Source: Camelus ferus (lineage: Eukaryota). Taken from it: a stretch of DNA of 64,000 nucleotides. Of this stretch, positions 13,400 through 26,464 are shown piece after piece. Location: contig NC_045697.1 of NCBI RefSeq assembly GCF_009834535.1, forward strand, positions 11,596,001 to 11,660,000. The letters are read 5' to 3'. Every line of letters begins with the position of its first letter. Position 1 is the stretch's first letter. The translations under genes were made by a program, and so were the position numbers. A model generated the notes under the pieces. The model had not been told where the DNA came from. It saw only the letters and a program-made list of their open reading frames with translations, and made no database searches.

Positions 13400-14945
13400 T
13401 TCTTTCTTTTTTTTTTTTAACATTTTTTATTGATTTATAATCATTTTACAATGTTGTATCAAATTCCAGTGTAGAGCACAATTTTTCAGTTATACATGAA
13501 CATATATATATTCATTGTCACATTTTTTTTCTCTGTGAGCTACCATAAGATCTTGTATATATTTCCCTGTGCTATACAGTATAATCTTGTTTATCTATTC
13601 TACAATTTTGAAATCCCAGTCTATCCCTTCCCACCCTCCACCCCCTTGGCAACCACAAGTTTGTATTCTATGTCTATGAGTCTATTTCTGTTTTGTATTT
13701 ATGCTTTGTTTTTTTGTTTTTGTTTTTGTTTTTAGATTCCACATATGAGCGATCTCGTATGGTATTTTTCTTTCTCTTTCTGGCTTAATTCACTTAGAAT
13801 GACATTCTCCAGGAGCATCCCTGTTGCTGCAAATGGCATTATGTATGTCGGTTTTAGCACAGTATTCCATTGTATAATATACCACTTCTTCTTTATCCAG
13901 GCATCCATTGATGGACATTTAGGCTGTCTCCATGTCTTGGCTATTGTAAATAGTGCTGCTATGAACATTGGGGTGCAGGTGTCATCCTGAAGTAGGGTTC
14001 CTTCTGGATATAAGCCCAGGAGCAGGATTCCTGGGTCATAAAGTAAGTCTATTCCTAGTCTTTTGAGGAATCTTCACACTGTTTTCCACAGTGGCTGCAC
14101 CAAACTGCATTCCCACCAGCAGTGTAGGAGGGTTCCCCTTTCTCCACAGCCTCTCCAACATTTGTCATTTGTGGATTTTTGAATGATGGCCATTCTGACT
14201 GATGCGAGGTGATACTTCACTGTAGTTTTGATTTGCATTTCTCTGATTATTAGTGATATTGAGCATTTTTTCATGTGCCTATTGATCATTTGTATGTCTT
14301 CCTTGGAGAATTGCTTGTTTAGGTCTTTTGCCCATTTTTGGATTGGGTTGTTTGGCTGTTTCTTATTAAGTCGTATGAGCTGCTTATATATTCTGGAGAT
14401 CAAGCGCTTGTCGGTTTCATTTGCAACAATTTTCTCCCATTCCATAGGTTGTCTTTTTGTTTTATTTACGGGTTCCTTTGCTGTGCAGAAGCTTGTAAGT
14501 TTCATTAGGTCCCATTTGTTTATTCTTGCTTTTATTTCTATTGCTTGAGTAGACTGTTCTAGGAGAACATTTTTGGGATGTATGTTAGATACTCTTTTGC
14601 CTATATTTTCTTCTAGGAGGTTTATTGTATCTTGTCTTATGTTTAAGTCTTTAATCCATTTTGAGTTGATTTTTGTGTATGGTGTAAGGGAGTGTTCTAG
14701 CTTCATTGCTTTACATGCTGCTGTCCAGTTTTCCCAACACCATTTGCTGAAGAGACTGTCTTTATTCCATTGTATATTCTTGCCTCCTTTGTCAAAGATG
14801 AGTTGACCAAAAGTTTGTGGGTTCATTTCTGGGCTCTCTATTCTGTTCCATTGGTCTATATGTCTGTTTTTGTACCAATACCATGCTGTCTTGATGACTG
14901 TAGCTCTATAGTATTGTCTGAAGTCTAGGAGACTTATTCTTCCAG
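13400..14945 (-). mobile_element. Young 5'-truncated L1 with poly(A) tail and TSD
   Basis: T-rich tail at 13400-13418; ORF2 C-terminus; 18-bp TSD cag(g/a)ggcttggcctttct at 13382-13399 and 14946-14963. Confidence 0.97.
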
Positions 14946-14946
14946 C
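14074..14946 (-). pseudogene. L1 ORF2p C-terminal fragment (~290 open codons) with CCHC knuckle
   Basis: [17 protein letters not shown]...[11 protein letters not shown]...[18 protein letters not shown] (C-x3-C-x7-H-x4-C); ends at a premature TGA in place of the W of KTVWRFL; frame continues to MFIAALFTIAKTW. Confidence 0.92.
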
Positions 14947-16549
14947 AGAGGCTTGGCCTTTCTGATCTTCAGTTCTTCATCCATGAAAAAAAAAAAAAAG
15001 ATTGCTCTAGAAAATAGTCATTGTGCCCTGCTTTGTTTTTAAATTAACCAGAAGGTTAAGCCATTCTCTGAGAATGTAATCTTCCAAAAGGCACTGGATT
15101 AGCAAATCTCCTTCAACATACAGCTTTGGGAGTCAGTCTCGCTGCTCACTTCATTTCCCTTTCACTGATGTGGTTGGCCCCCACAGGGAGATCTTGGACA
15201 AACCAAAGGATGACACAAGAAACCTAAAGCCAGCTGAGACCCAGTGAGGCACTAAACAAATGAGAGGGAGACCTGAGAGAGACCAGTCCCTTCTTGTCCA
15301 GAGCTGTTGCCCTGAGAGGAAGCAGTGAACTCAGGCTGTCAGAAGAAGCAGTGTGAAAAAAAAGCCACAAGGCAGATGGAGAAAGTAGTAGAAGGTGTCC
15401 CTTAGGGTTCCCCACCATCCAATGATGCAGAATCCAGCCCTGGAGCATGGTGTCCCCATGTTAGGACCTGGCAGGCCCCCATGTTGAGGAAGGCCATGGA
15501 GCTGCCCAATACATGGGAAGAGGCCAATGACAGCACTCAGGGATCCAGAAAGAAAAGAGTCCAATGGGACCCAGAACCAAGCACAGAGTCAGGCCAGGCA
15601 TGGGCAGGAGGGGTGGGTTGTCTGGCAGTAAGAATCCAGCATCCCCAAAGCACGGTTAGGTCCTTTTGTACCTCAGAAATGGTTCTTTTGGTTTTGCTAG
15701 AAAGAGACACTCTGTTAAGCTATCTCATATAATAAACATTTATTGTCCGGATGCATGTTCAACATGAGAGACTAGATCACAAAAGAAGCCAGGCTGTTGT
15801 CTAAAATTCAAGGCATCATCAATCCTGGGACTTTGCCATTTGTTCTCTCCTTCTATTTATGTCTTCTTGTTCCTCATCTCTGACACATTGGTTTACTTTC
15901 TGTATTTTCCAAGTGAGGTCCTGAAGGGAAAGTCTAGCTGACCTGGCTAATTACCATCACCCTTACTTTCTGAGCCCATCTTCATCATGATTCAATGGCC
16001 TCACCTATGAACTGGCAGCCCTCAAATCAAACATTTAGTACAAATCCAGTAAGTAGCAACTCTTATTCAAGGAACTATCTAGGGGTCACTTGTTGTGGGT
16101 GGGACCAACACCTCTTGAAGTTGGTAGTGAATGGCAGGTGCTTTGATGAGCAAGTCTGATGAACATCCATAGAACAAACATTAACTAAGAGACTACAATG
16201 GGCTGGTGCCTACTAAGCCCTGGACTCTCAGGAAGTCCCCATTGCTGTCCCTTGGGGTCCAATGAATTGAGGCCCCTAGAAGGATGAGGGTGCCACCTAG
16301 CAGATCACAGGGACTTGATGTCTTGCTTTTCTGCAGGACAGGAGGGGAAGTGAAGGGGAAGTAATTAGCAGGACCTAAAGAGACAGAAGGTTCTGAGAGG
16401 TTGCATTTCCATCAATTGCTCTGGATGGAATTTTTCCAGGTCCTTCTGGGTTGTCATTGATGTGGTCAGTGGTATCACAGCCTGTGCACACAGATGCATT
16501 CCTTCTTGTCCTTGCTTCAGCTGATGATGCCCACAAACAAAGCTCATAC

Positions 16550-16690
16550 CGATAGGCCCATTGGCTGGGAATCAGACAGAGCTGGGGTCCCTCTCGGGCT
16601 CAGCTGGGCATCCTTGAGCAAGTCAAACTTTCTAGCTTTCTGTGTCCTCATCTATAAAATGACACTACAAAAACCTACCTCATACCTTCC
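16550..16690 (+). mobile_element. MIR
   Basis: ggaatcagacagagctggg...ccttgagcaagtcaaac...cctcatctataaaatg. Confidence 0.65.
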
Positions 16691-19149
16691 TTGTGCATGG
16701 ACCTCTATGTTTGGGATCATTCTTTTCATTACAATTGGTATGTGATTGAACAATGTTTAACTCTTAAAAGCAGTATGGTTCATTCTGTGACAGGAAATGG
16801 ATGGGGACTTGGAGCAGAGAGGATGAGGGGGCCTTCTAAGGCATTGCTTTCAGGGAAGAAATGTGAAGGTAGAAGGGAATATTTCCAGGGTCCCCGAAGT
16901 CATGGGCTCTAGAAACTGTTTCTTACACAGCCATTCTGGGGACCAGCTGGTGCCCTGATGTGAGAGAACCAAGAGTTATAATGTCAGAGTCTAGGCCAGT
17001 GTTGACTCACAGTCCTTGGCTGATGCAACTCTGAAGAGGCAGAAAGGTCCTTCCCTGAATACTACTTAAGGTCCAGGATCATGTTGAATTACTGGGAACT
17101 CAGGAGCCCAGAGATAACACTCTGGGGAGATATTCCCGTTCCTCCTCCACATTTCCCATCGCCAGATGGAATGGACTGATGTCCAGAGCAGCATGGGGCA
17201 TTCAGGGGAGAGAGGTGTGATGCCAGGAGGGCACACAACTGAACATAATCTTCTGTTTTCAAGCTGAAAGCCATGTGTTAGCTACAAAAGTAATGATAGA
17301 AGGAAACAGGGGCTGAGAACTTACAGGTTTACAGATTGCCATGTTTTCTCTCCAAGAACCATTTTGGGACAGGACTAGATCTTTGGGGCTGAGTAAACCT
17401 CAAGTTTCTTGGATAATTCGAGATAGGGAGGAAGGCAAGAGGAAGGGATGTTGGCTGCTCTGCTAATCTGGATATTGTGGGTGCTACAAACAGCTTTAGT
17501 CTGAAAAATCAAGAGATAGGAACATTATATATGCCCCCCAGTAGGGGAAGAAGCTATTGTGTTATTATTCTGAGAAGGCTATCAGGCTGTGAGCCTGCAA
17601 GGGATGGTCCTATAGGCTTTGTACACAGCTCTCCAATGGTTGGAAACCATCAAGGATTTGCAGAAGTTTCACTATATCAGTCCACATGGAAAGTGACCGA
17701 GTATCTTGCTTCATTTGGGCTGGGCTGTGATTTCCCTACCGTGGATTAACCCGGATGTCTTATGACTGTCAAGGAATCTAGAATAGAGACTACAGAGCCA
17801 GCTCCATGGCCGCTTCTGGGAGTTTGAAGTTAACATGCAGCTTTGCCAATAACAAGATGCGACAGAGCATGCTCAGCACACTGGGGCTGGGTGAGCTGTG
17901 AAGGAAAGGTGGTTTCCATGCAGTCTGGAAGCCGATAACTTGCCTCCACTTGTTCTAATCTTGCCTTGGTACTGAATTCATCACTTGCTCTATGTCTCAA
18001 GGTTCATCCTCTTCAAACCCTTTGTCCAAACTTAAGATATGTGTGGCCATATTCAATCTGCAAAAAGGAAAATCATGATAGAGTTAAGGCTCAAAATCTG
18101 CCCAGCACACAGCTGTGCTATTAATTTTGGCATTTCAGCTGTATTCATGAACAAATTTACACCCCATACAGCAGGATGTTTGGGGCAACTATAATAAAAT
18201 TCATATAAAGAGAACAATTTAAATATCAGTCTAATTCATATAGATTAATTTAGTTCATGTACAATTTAATTTTCTTTAATTTGCATTGCTGAATGCGTTG
18301 TTATTTTCTTGGTAAAATAAATTTCTTTCTCACCCTTTCCTAGCTATCCAGGGAAATGGACAAGGTATGATCATCTGAAAATTCCATTTTTTCTGGTAGA
18401 AAATTCTAGAAACTGTCAGTTAATGAAATAATTCTAAGTGAATAGATATTTAATAAAGGAGGAAGTGTCTTTCAGGGAGATAGTTTGGAATTTAGAGTTA
18501 AAATCTGAATTGGGAATATGAGTGAGGAAAAACATGATCCTAATATGCTGACTGTGTTGATGTTAGGTTGAATTCAGCATGTTGTTTGAGATTCTACTGA
18601 ACAAAAGATACAAGGAGAAAAAAAAAACCTAATATTCATTTTTCTCTATTATGTCCCAGGCACTGTGCATGGTATTTTAAATACATTATTTTTTGAGGTT
18701 TTGTTTAAAATTAACCTCGATATTTCCTTACTTAAATGACTGAGCAAAATAATAGCACTTGCATCATAGAATGGTCAGATAAGGTCTGTAGTCAAGCCTT
18801 GGTCAGGTGTTCATCCCTGATCTGATCAACCACAGGGAGGAATGGCTCTATATGGCAGGAACTCACTGCTAGTGACCCCACCATGTGCATGGGGGAGTGA
18901 AGGGAAGGCAGTCGTAGAAGTAAGAGAATTGTGGTGAGTCCACAAAAACCCCAAAAGTTACCTTCTAGGGTAAATCTGTTCATGGCTCTCTAATTCTTGG
19001 TCTGGGATAATAATAGGACCCTCATTTTAGGATCTTCATGAGGATTAAGAGAGAAATATAAAGCATTTTAGATGATGCTTTTGCATAACAAACTCTTTCC
19101 AGTCACTCTTTTTTTTTTTTTCCCCAGACTTGTTTAGCTTTTAAGTAGA

Positions 19150-19412
19150 AGTTATCTATTGCTGCATAACAAATTACCACAAACACAGCAGCTTAAAAGA
19201 AGTAGAAATGTTTATCTCAGTTTCTGTAAGTCCAGAGTCTGGGCACAGCTGAGCTGAGCCATCTGTACAGCCGCAATCAAGATATTGGGGCCAGTATCTC
19301 ATCTGAGGTTCGACTGGGGAAGAATATGCTTTCGATATCACGTGGTTGTTGGCAGGATTCAGTTAGTTCTTCATGACCGCTGGACTGAGAAACTCAGTTC
19401 TTGCTGACTGTT
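19150..19412 (-). mobile_element. MaLR MLT1E/F-like LTR fragment
   Basis: gttatctattgctgcataacaaattaccacaaacacagcagcttaaaa...gttgttggcaggattcagtt. Confidence 0.75.
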
Positions 19413-19539
19413 TTTTTTCTTTTTCACACCTTTATGTGGTATAGCTTCTATAGAGTAAACTACACATATTTCAAATGTACTATTTGATGAATTTTGATAG
19501 ATGTGTTCTCCCCAGTCACTCTTCAACCAGCCAACGTAT

Positions 19540-19990
19540 GCATTTCTTTCAGGTTCCATCTGAACAGTCACTTCTTAAAAATCTCTCTGTAACTCCCAAA
19601 CTCTGGATTGGGTTCCCCAGTAGTTATTCCAGTTGAGCTTTGTCATTACCCAACATGGTATTTATCACACTCTCATATAATTCTTTGTCCAATTATCCAA
19701 CTCCAGGATTAGTATCTGAGCACATAAGGACAAGAAATAAGTTTCATACACTATCTTACCCCCTGTGCCTAGTTGACATTATGAACTTAATAAATCTTTG
19801 TTTAATAAATAATGCTGAACCCTTAGTAACATTAGCTCATCAACTTGTCATCATCATTTTATAGATGAGGAAACTGAGTCTTGGAAAAGTTAAGTAACTT
19901 AACTCTAATTTATCTCTTAGGTAAATGGGGGAACAGAATTTGCAGTCAGGGCTCGTGAGTCCCAAACCTGTGCTTTTCCCACTATGTCAG
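19540..19990. mobile_element. L2 3' end (+) followed by MIR (-)
   Basis: L2 tail tgtgcctagt...taataaatctttgtttaataaat; MIR core cattttatagatgaggaaactgagtc. Confidence 0.6.
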
Positions 19991-21180
19991 GATGCCTTAC
20001 TAGGCTAACATCTGTACTGGAAGCAACACTACGTATTTCCATATTATCTTGTTTAGATGCTGCAACAGTCTTTTAAGGCAGGTGTACCAGTTTGCCATAT
20101 GATGAAATCATGGCTCAAAGGAAAATTTACATGCCCAAGGTCACAAGGCTAGTAGGTGACAGAACTAAGGTCCAGCTCTTTCCTTTCCACAGAGAACCTA
20201 TCTGTGATCATGTGTAGGCAGCCAACAAGCCCAAACAGCCAGACCAGCAAACCTCAACCATCAGATCCAACATGAGATCACCACAGGCTTAAATGGGTCA
20301 AACTTCTAATCCTGAGATATTCTGACAGGCTTTGTTGATCTCAGGCTTTTGCCTTGCTTTCCCAGCTCCTGGCAGCAGTGCGATGTTGTTACGGTGAGCT
20401 ATTTGTAGATCACCTGAAATATGTTTAAGGATAGTTCATATGTGCCTACTGCAAAGTATTATGGGAGTAATTCTTTTTCCAATGGTTACGGAAAATTCAA
20501 GGGGCAAAGGGAAATAAAATAGCTGAAAAAATACATTGCTTAGGGTGTCTGAAATCTGCTTTTGGTCAATATTTTTTATTTCCTCTTCTCTTTTTAATAT
20601 TTCTATCTAGTAACTGAATGTTTATTAAAATAGTTGGCAAAGGGCAATATTTTATTTACATATGGTCTTTAGGAGATATGTTATTTTATAAGTATTACAC
20701 AAGCTTCCTTCTCCTTTTTATCATTAAAGGTAAGGAAGATTTAGCATCATAGTTTGAGAAATCATAAAGAGCTCTAGCATTTCATTTCCTCAATGGTCAA
20801 TTCCTGTTATGCCAAACTGTCTTCTCTTTAGCTAGTAAAATGCAACTAGAAGTGGTAAAATAATTATTCAAAAAACAACAGTAACTATACTATAGCATAT
20901 CAAAAGCATCATTGGTTAAGAATGAAATAATGACTCCATCTCATAAATGCTAGTAAGATCAAGTAGAAAAGGTTAATACAGAATCTAAACCATCATTTCT
21001 TTGGCATCTTGTCAAGCATAATGAAGAATAAAATTAAAATGAAACCACCAAACACTGCCTTCAAATTGTCCCTCAAAAAGGAGAGATAGCCCAGGTACAC
21101 ACCAAACTCTTAGAATTCCATAGCTCACCAATAGCACAGTGCAGAGGAAAGGACCCTAGGATAGGGTCAAGCAGACCTAG

Positions 21181-21529
21181 TGTGTTAGTGAGTTCAGGCT
21201 ACTACAACAAATACCATAGACTGGGTGGTTTAAACAGCTGACATTATTTCTCATAGTTCTAGAAGCTGGAAGTCTGAGATCAGAATGCCAGCATGGTCAG
21301 TTCTGGTGGGACCCCTCTTCATGGTTTGTAGATGGCTGTCTTCCTCACAAAGCAAAGAGAGTAATCATTTCTCTCATGTTGCTTTTTATAAGGGCACTAA
21401 TCCCATTCCTGAGGGTTCCACCCTGATGACCTAATTGCCTCCCAAAAGCCCCTCCTCCAAATACCATCACACTGGGGACTAGGCTTCAACATGTGGATTT
21501 TCAGGGACACAAATATTCAGTCCATAGCA
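21181..21529 (-). mobile_element. Complete MLT1A/A0-like solo LTR inserted in a MIR
   Basis: tgtgttagt...ataccatagactgggtggtttaaac...gggacacaaatattcagtccatagca with TG...CA termini; MIR-like sequence on both flanks. Confidence 0.88.
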
Positions 21530-22050
21530 GCTAACTCTAGACCCATCTTGGATGCCAACTTGCTCTGTCACATCCTTCTCTGGGCCTCTGTTTCGTTACC
21601 TACAAATGACCTCCATCTCTTAGGAATGCTAAAGTTCTGAATGCCAAGGGAAGAAGACTGGCAGATGAAAGACTAGTGTGGATTCTAAGGAGGAAAGGAC
21701 AGGGGTTTCTGAATACAACTGTGGGAGACTCTGGGGCAAATGGGATTTAAAATGGATGGGAACTCACTCCCTAGGGAGGAGGACCAGCACGGGGAGAGAC
21801 ACCCACAGAGTATGAGATACAGATCTGGAGGGAGAGCACTGGGAAGTCACAAAAGGAAGTGTTGAAAACAAGCTCAAAGGGAGCAACAGAGTCAGGAAGA
21901 GAGTGCAGGGAAAAATCAAAGAATCCCTTGGCCCACTCCTCTAATTAGCCCTCTACAAAAGCTGCACATACACTTTTCTATCACCCAGTTAAGATGGTAA
22001 CACTTCCCTGTGCAGAGTCTTTTAATGACCACCTATTGCCCTCAGTATTT

Positions 22051-22076
22051 AAAAAAAAAAAAAAAAAAAAAAAAAA
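22051..22076 (+). repeat. Poly(A)26 tract
   Basis: Directly visible. Confidence 0.95.
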
Positions 22077-22079
22077 CTT

Positions 22080-22398
22080 ACTACAATCCTTACAACAATA
22101 TCTTACCCTTGGTTTCAAAATTCAATAGTCTCTGAAACCCAAAGTTTATTCACATATATTTGGCAGCAAAACTTGATCCAAACAGACATAAGGTTCTTTC
22201 TGCTCTTTCTTTCTTGGGTGTGACTATTCAGTGACAGAATAACCAACAGGATTATTATAGAGTGCTGCCCCAGGCCCCACTGGGGATATATATGATATAT
22301 ACCGTACAATTACTGTATTATGTTCTAAAATCTGAAAAATCTGAACCCAAAAAGCACATCTGGCCCCAAGACTTTGTATAACAGAGTGTGGATTTATA
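22080..22398. mobile_element. TcMar-Tigger MITE (MER46C-like) inside an L2
   Basis: ttctaaaatctgaaaaatctgaacccaaaaagcacatctggccccaagactttgtataa matches the recalled MER46C terminus; L2 sequence resumes at ~22410-22890. Confidence 0.65.
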
Positions 22399-23369
22399 GT
22401 TTCTTATCAAGATAAATGTGGTCCCCCGTGGCAAGGCCTTGCAAACCTCCCCCTCTAGTAACTCACTCCCATTTGTCCCACCATGCTGTATTCCAGACAA
22501 CTTGAGTCCTCACCATTGTCCTGTGCCAAAGTTTTGCATCCCACTAAGGCTTTGCATAAACTTTCCCCAATGAATGGAACATCACTAACTTACCTCTTTA
22601 TCTAGAAAAATAATCTGCGCCTTTCAAAGCTCATTTCACAGGCTTCTTCCTCTATAAAGCCATCCTTAGTCTGTCCCTATATCTGCCCTCTCCTGTGTCC
22701 TGCACAGACTTGGCAACCAGCTCTTCTGTGCACTTAGCCATGTGCACATTATAGCATGGGCCACGTTGATCTGTTTACAGGTCAGTGTTCCTCCCCTGGC
22801 CCACAGGTTCCTGAAGGGCAGGACTTGCCTTCCTGATCTCTGAGCTCAGCACCTGGCAGAGGTCTTGGCACTAAGGAATGCCTGGTCAATGGTGGTGGGC
22901 TCTCAGTCAAGAGCAATCCACCAGTCTATCACTCTGTCAGAGGATAAACTGACAAGCTGCATCAAGGTCCTTCTGACACAGGACTAACAGAGAGACTGAA
23001 GCAAAGCCAGAACTCTCCAACTTCCTTCCTTAGGGCACAAGGATTGTCATTTGCCCCCTACATGTTCTCTGGTCCTTCACCAGCTCTCTCCACCTGCACA
23101 GCAGAAGTGGCTCCAGGACATGGAGCAGCCTACCACACTCTCCCCAAAGCTGCAGAGGTGAGACCTCCTTCTCTCCAGGGCCTTCCAGATGAGGACAAAG
23201 GCCAAGTTGTCTTCCAACCAATGGTAGATGAGTATGAAAATGAGACAGTTCATCAACAGTCTGGGTAGAAAATACTTAGTTACCTTTGGGACCACAAATC
23301 CAAGATTCAGATGCAGATGGGGTAAACAATAGTATTCAGAACAACAATGATATTGGCATAGATCAGCAA

Positions 23370-23540
23370 GACTTGCAAAAGACTTTTAGTTACATTTTCT
23401 CATTTAAGTAAATCCTAACAACAACCCTGTATACTGATATTGTTATTGCACCCAATTAGTGGATGAGGAAACTGAGGCTCAGAGAGAATAAGCCTTCGCA
23501 GTAAATGTGCAAATTTAATCAAAAAAGCTGAGGTTAAAAG
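23370..23540 (-). mobile_element. MIR
   Basis: aatcctaacaacaaccctgt...ggatgaggaaactgaggctcagagag. Confidence 0.75.
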
Positions 23541-23794
23541 TAGATTTATGGGGAAAACACCCAAATTTGAAGGAGAGAGTACTAGCCAAAGCCATAGTAC
23601 CAAAAAAAGGCACTTACATTTTCAGGAAAAACTTCAATACTAATGGCAGGAAAAGGGTTATGGGTTTATGTGTAGAAGCTTCAGGCCTTTGATTCTAAGA
23701 AGAGAAATCTGCGTATCTGCAAGAGAACCGGCATTAACAAAAAAAAATTTAAACAAAAAAGCTGGCTGAAGTTGGTAAGATGTGGATTTAATTC

Positions 23795-24560
23795 AGGTGC
23801 ATGATTATTACAGAAAATTTAGAAAAACTAAAAAATAAAATAAAATAAAAAAATTCTTAAGTCCCATCATATAAAATCATTATCAATATGTATTTTTATT
23901 TTAAAGGATTTTTAAAATATGTATGTTGTCTGTGCCTTTCAAAGCACACTTTCTGCTAAGCAGTGAATGTATGTGGTCATTTCACTACACCCTCGTCAAC
24001 ACCAGGTATTATTAGTTCATTTTAAATATAGGATAATTTGATGGAGAAATTTTGAAAGGGGAAAAATCACCCCTCACTATTATTTCATTTACATATATTT
24101 GGTTACTTAGGAAAGTTAAAAGTTTTTCTGTAATTATTTATCAGCATAATTTATATTTGTCTTTTGCCTATTTATGTTCTTTCTCCACCAATTTGCTGGT
24201 GTCCTGGTATTTGTATCCTTGAATTTCTGTGAGTTTGATATTTATTTGAGAAGTCACCCTTTGTTAAACTTTCTACAACGTTATCTCCAGTTCTGTTGAT
24301 TGCTTTTTAATCTCAGTGTTTTTTTGATGTATAAAAGTTGTAAATTTCTATGTAGTCAGATCTGTCAATCACATCCTTAGTGATTTATTCCATCAATTCT
24401 AAGCATAGAAAATTCTCCCCCTTCAGGAGGTTTGATAAATATTCACAACTATTTTCTTCCAGATTTTCTAACAGTTAAGATTTTTAAGTATTTAACTCTT
24501 TAATCCATGTGGAATTTATTTTGATGTTCCTAGTGAGGTAAGAAATGTTCTAAATTCTTC
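23795..24560 (-). mobile_element. Old L1ME fragment
   Basis: tatgtagtcagatctgtcaatc...tttaactctttaatccatgtggaatttattttgatg is reverse ORF2 (KINSxWIKELN). Confidence 0.65.
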
Positions 24561-25985
24561 TAAAATATAATGAAACACTTAACATCTCACATGTTTAGCT
24601 GATATTAGCATAAACCTCGAAGGCCAAGTGGTACCAGCTTCAAAGGCTGCAAATTTCTTAATAGAGTTTAGGATTTCCCCCGTAATAGCACAGGGTACCA
24701 AACACACATACTTGCCAGTCATTACTCCAAGTGAGTTTATCAGCCGGCAGCACACCCAACATATGGTCTCTTTTTCATTATTAAGAAAAGTAAGAAATAA
24801 ATAAGAACTGGGGCTCCTACCAATCATTAGCAAATCCTCCAAAGAAAATTAAACACATAGTGGAGTCTTTTCCCTAGTGGACTGGTGCAATCTCCCTGAC
24901 TAAATCATTTCACCAAAGAAAACTGCCCTTCCTTCCCATCACCGCCTCTCGTTCTAAGTGCAGCAGCGACTCATTCCAAGAAGCACACGCAGAAGAAACC
25001 GGAGGACCTGCCTTTGATTTCTCTCCACACTGGGGAAACATTCCTGCCTCTCCCTGCCTTCCAGTCCAAAGGCAGCCACGTCTGGAGCTGCACTGAAAAA
25101 GATTTGTGGCTTATTGTCCTGATGGACGCCAGAGTAATGGAATAGCTCTGTACTGTGTCCTGAAAAGGCAGGCCAACAAGACATTGTGCTATTGATGGCT
25201 CACATTATAATGGAGAAATATTAGGGGGATATTTCAACAGGCACCCAGAGGAGAAACAGAAGCTATAAGAATGCCACAGGCTGATTCCAAGGAGAGTAAA
25301 GGGGACATTAAAAAAAGGGGGTTGTGGGGGAAGGTGGGAAATGCTTCAGGAAGAAAAAAAAACTCCACTCAGAGAATATATGTTAATGCAAACTCTGTTT
25401 GCTAGGCAGGCTCTCCAGAGAAGGGCGGTAACGATCCCCAGTATGTGAACTCTGCAATTACAGCATTATTAATTTATGCAGCTCTGTGGACCACACATGG
25501 GACTTCATGGTAATTAAGTTACAGATAAAATCATGGTAGTTTCCCTCTGAATATAAACAGTTGTGTTCTGTTTAACATACACTTAAGGAAAAACTGGTGG
25601 GTTTTAACCAAAAATAGTCTTTGGTAAACATATATTTGATGCAGAACATATCAGCGATATAAAGTGGTTTTTTTTTTTTTTTTAAAGTACTGCCTAACAA
25701 TAGATTTAGCAGAGAAGTAGAATGATGGAGACTTAGCCAGTCAACCACTTCATGACAGAAGAGGGTAGGGAGGCTGGAGGCAAGAAGCTTAATGAACCCC
25801 TTATATGAGGACTGCATTAGCGATTTGCAAATGTTCGAGCAAACACCGAGGCGAGGAGAAAATCCATTATCATGGTCACCAGGAATGGTCAGAAATGGAT
25901 TGAACCAAGACATAACCCTTAAAAAGTGGTATACTCTGGACCCTGCAGTTTTACTGCCAGGAATTCATCCTAAGTAAATAACCAC

Positions 25986-26464
25986 CACAATGGCTAATTT
26001 TTTTTGTATCAACCTGACTGAACCCCAGGGTGTGCAGATATTTGGTTAAACATTATTTCCAAGTATGTCTGTGAAAGTGTTTCTGAGTGAGATTAATATT
26101 TGCATCATAGACTAAGTAAAGCAGATTGTCCTCCCCTTTGTGGGTAACCTTCATCTTATCCAATGAAAGCCCAAATAGAATAAAAGACTGAGTGGAAAAG
26201 AATTCTTTCTCTCTCTGGCTGTCTTTGAGCTGGAACATCAGTCTTATCCTGCCCCTAGACTCAGACTCAGACTGGAGCACTGTCAGCTCTCCTAGTTCTC
26301 AGCATTTGGACTCAGATTGGATCTAGAGAACTTGCTCTCCTAGGGCTTCCACTTGCCAACTGCCGATCTTGGACATCTCAGCCTCTGTAAACTTGTGAGC
26401 AAATTCTTTACAATACATAGCTCTTATGTTGGTTCTGTTTCTCAGGAGAACCAAGATTAACAAA
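25986..26464 (+). mobile_element. MLT2 (ERVL) solo LTR inserted in an old L1 ORF2 end (~25915-26600)
   Basis: atggctaatttttttgtatcaacctgactg...gactaagtaaagcagattgtcctccc...ttggttctgtttctcaggagaacc; L1 reading ggaattcatcctaagtaaata|atcagagatatatgcaaaga continues across it. Confidence 0.88.

Larger units (their letters stand above)
13310..15030 (+). mobile_element. MIR split by the young L1 (halves ~13310-13399 and ~14964-15030)
   Basis: gggtgactttaggccaggggcttggcctttct|gatcttcagttcttcatccatgaaaa rejoins into a MIR core. Confidence 0.6.

Noticed and set aside
14228..14806. Hydrophobic antisense ORFs ([15 protein letters not shown]..., also 13745 and 60185) as membrane proteins
   Set aside because: Familiar artefact of translating the T-rich antisense strand of L1
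14074..14826. 250-aa ORF as a functional or domesticated gene
   Set aside because: It is the ORF2 tail of a 5'-truncated L1 with a TSD, no promoter, no EN or RT domain, and a premature stop
16290..16306. CTCF-like motifs (tgccacctagcag; also ~35267 and ~56484)
   Set aside because: Only partial matches to the core; cannot be supported without a PWM scan or ChIP data
17805..17896. ATG-started exon (MAASGSLKLTC...) ending at TGG|GTGAGC
   Set aside because: No promoter or CpG context, no recognisable protein and no matching downstream exon
22051..22076. Poly(A) as the tail of a processed pseudogene
   Set aside because: Upstream sequence is L2-like; no mRNA-like body, polyadenylation signal or TSD
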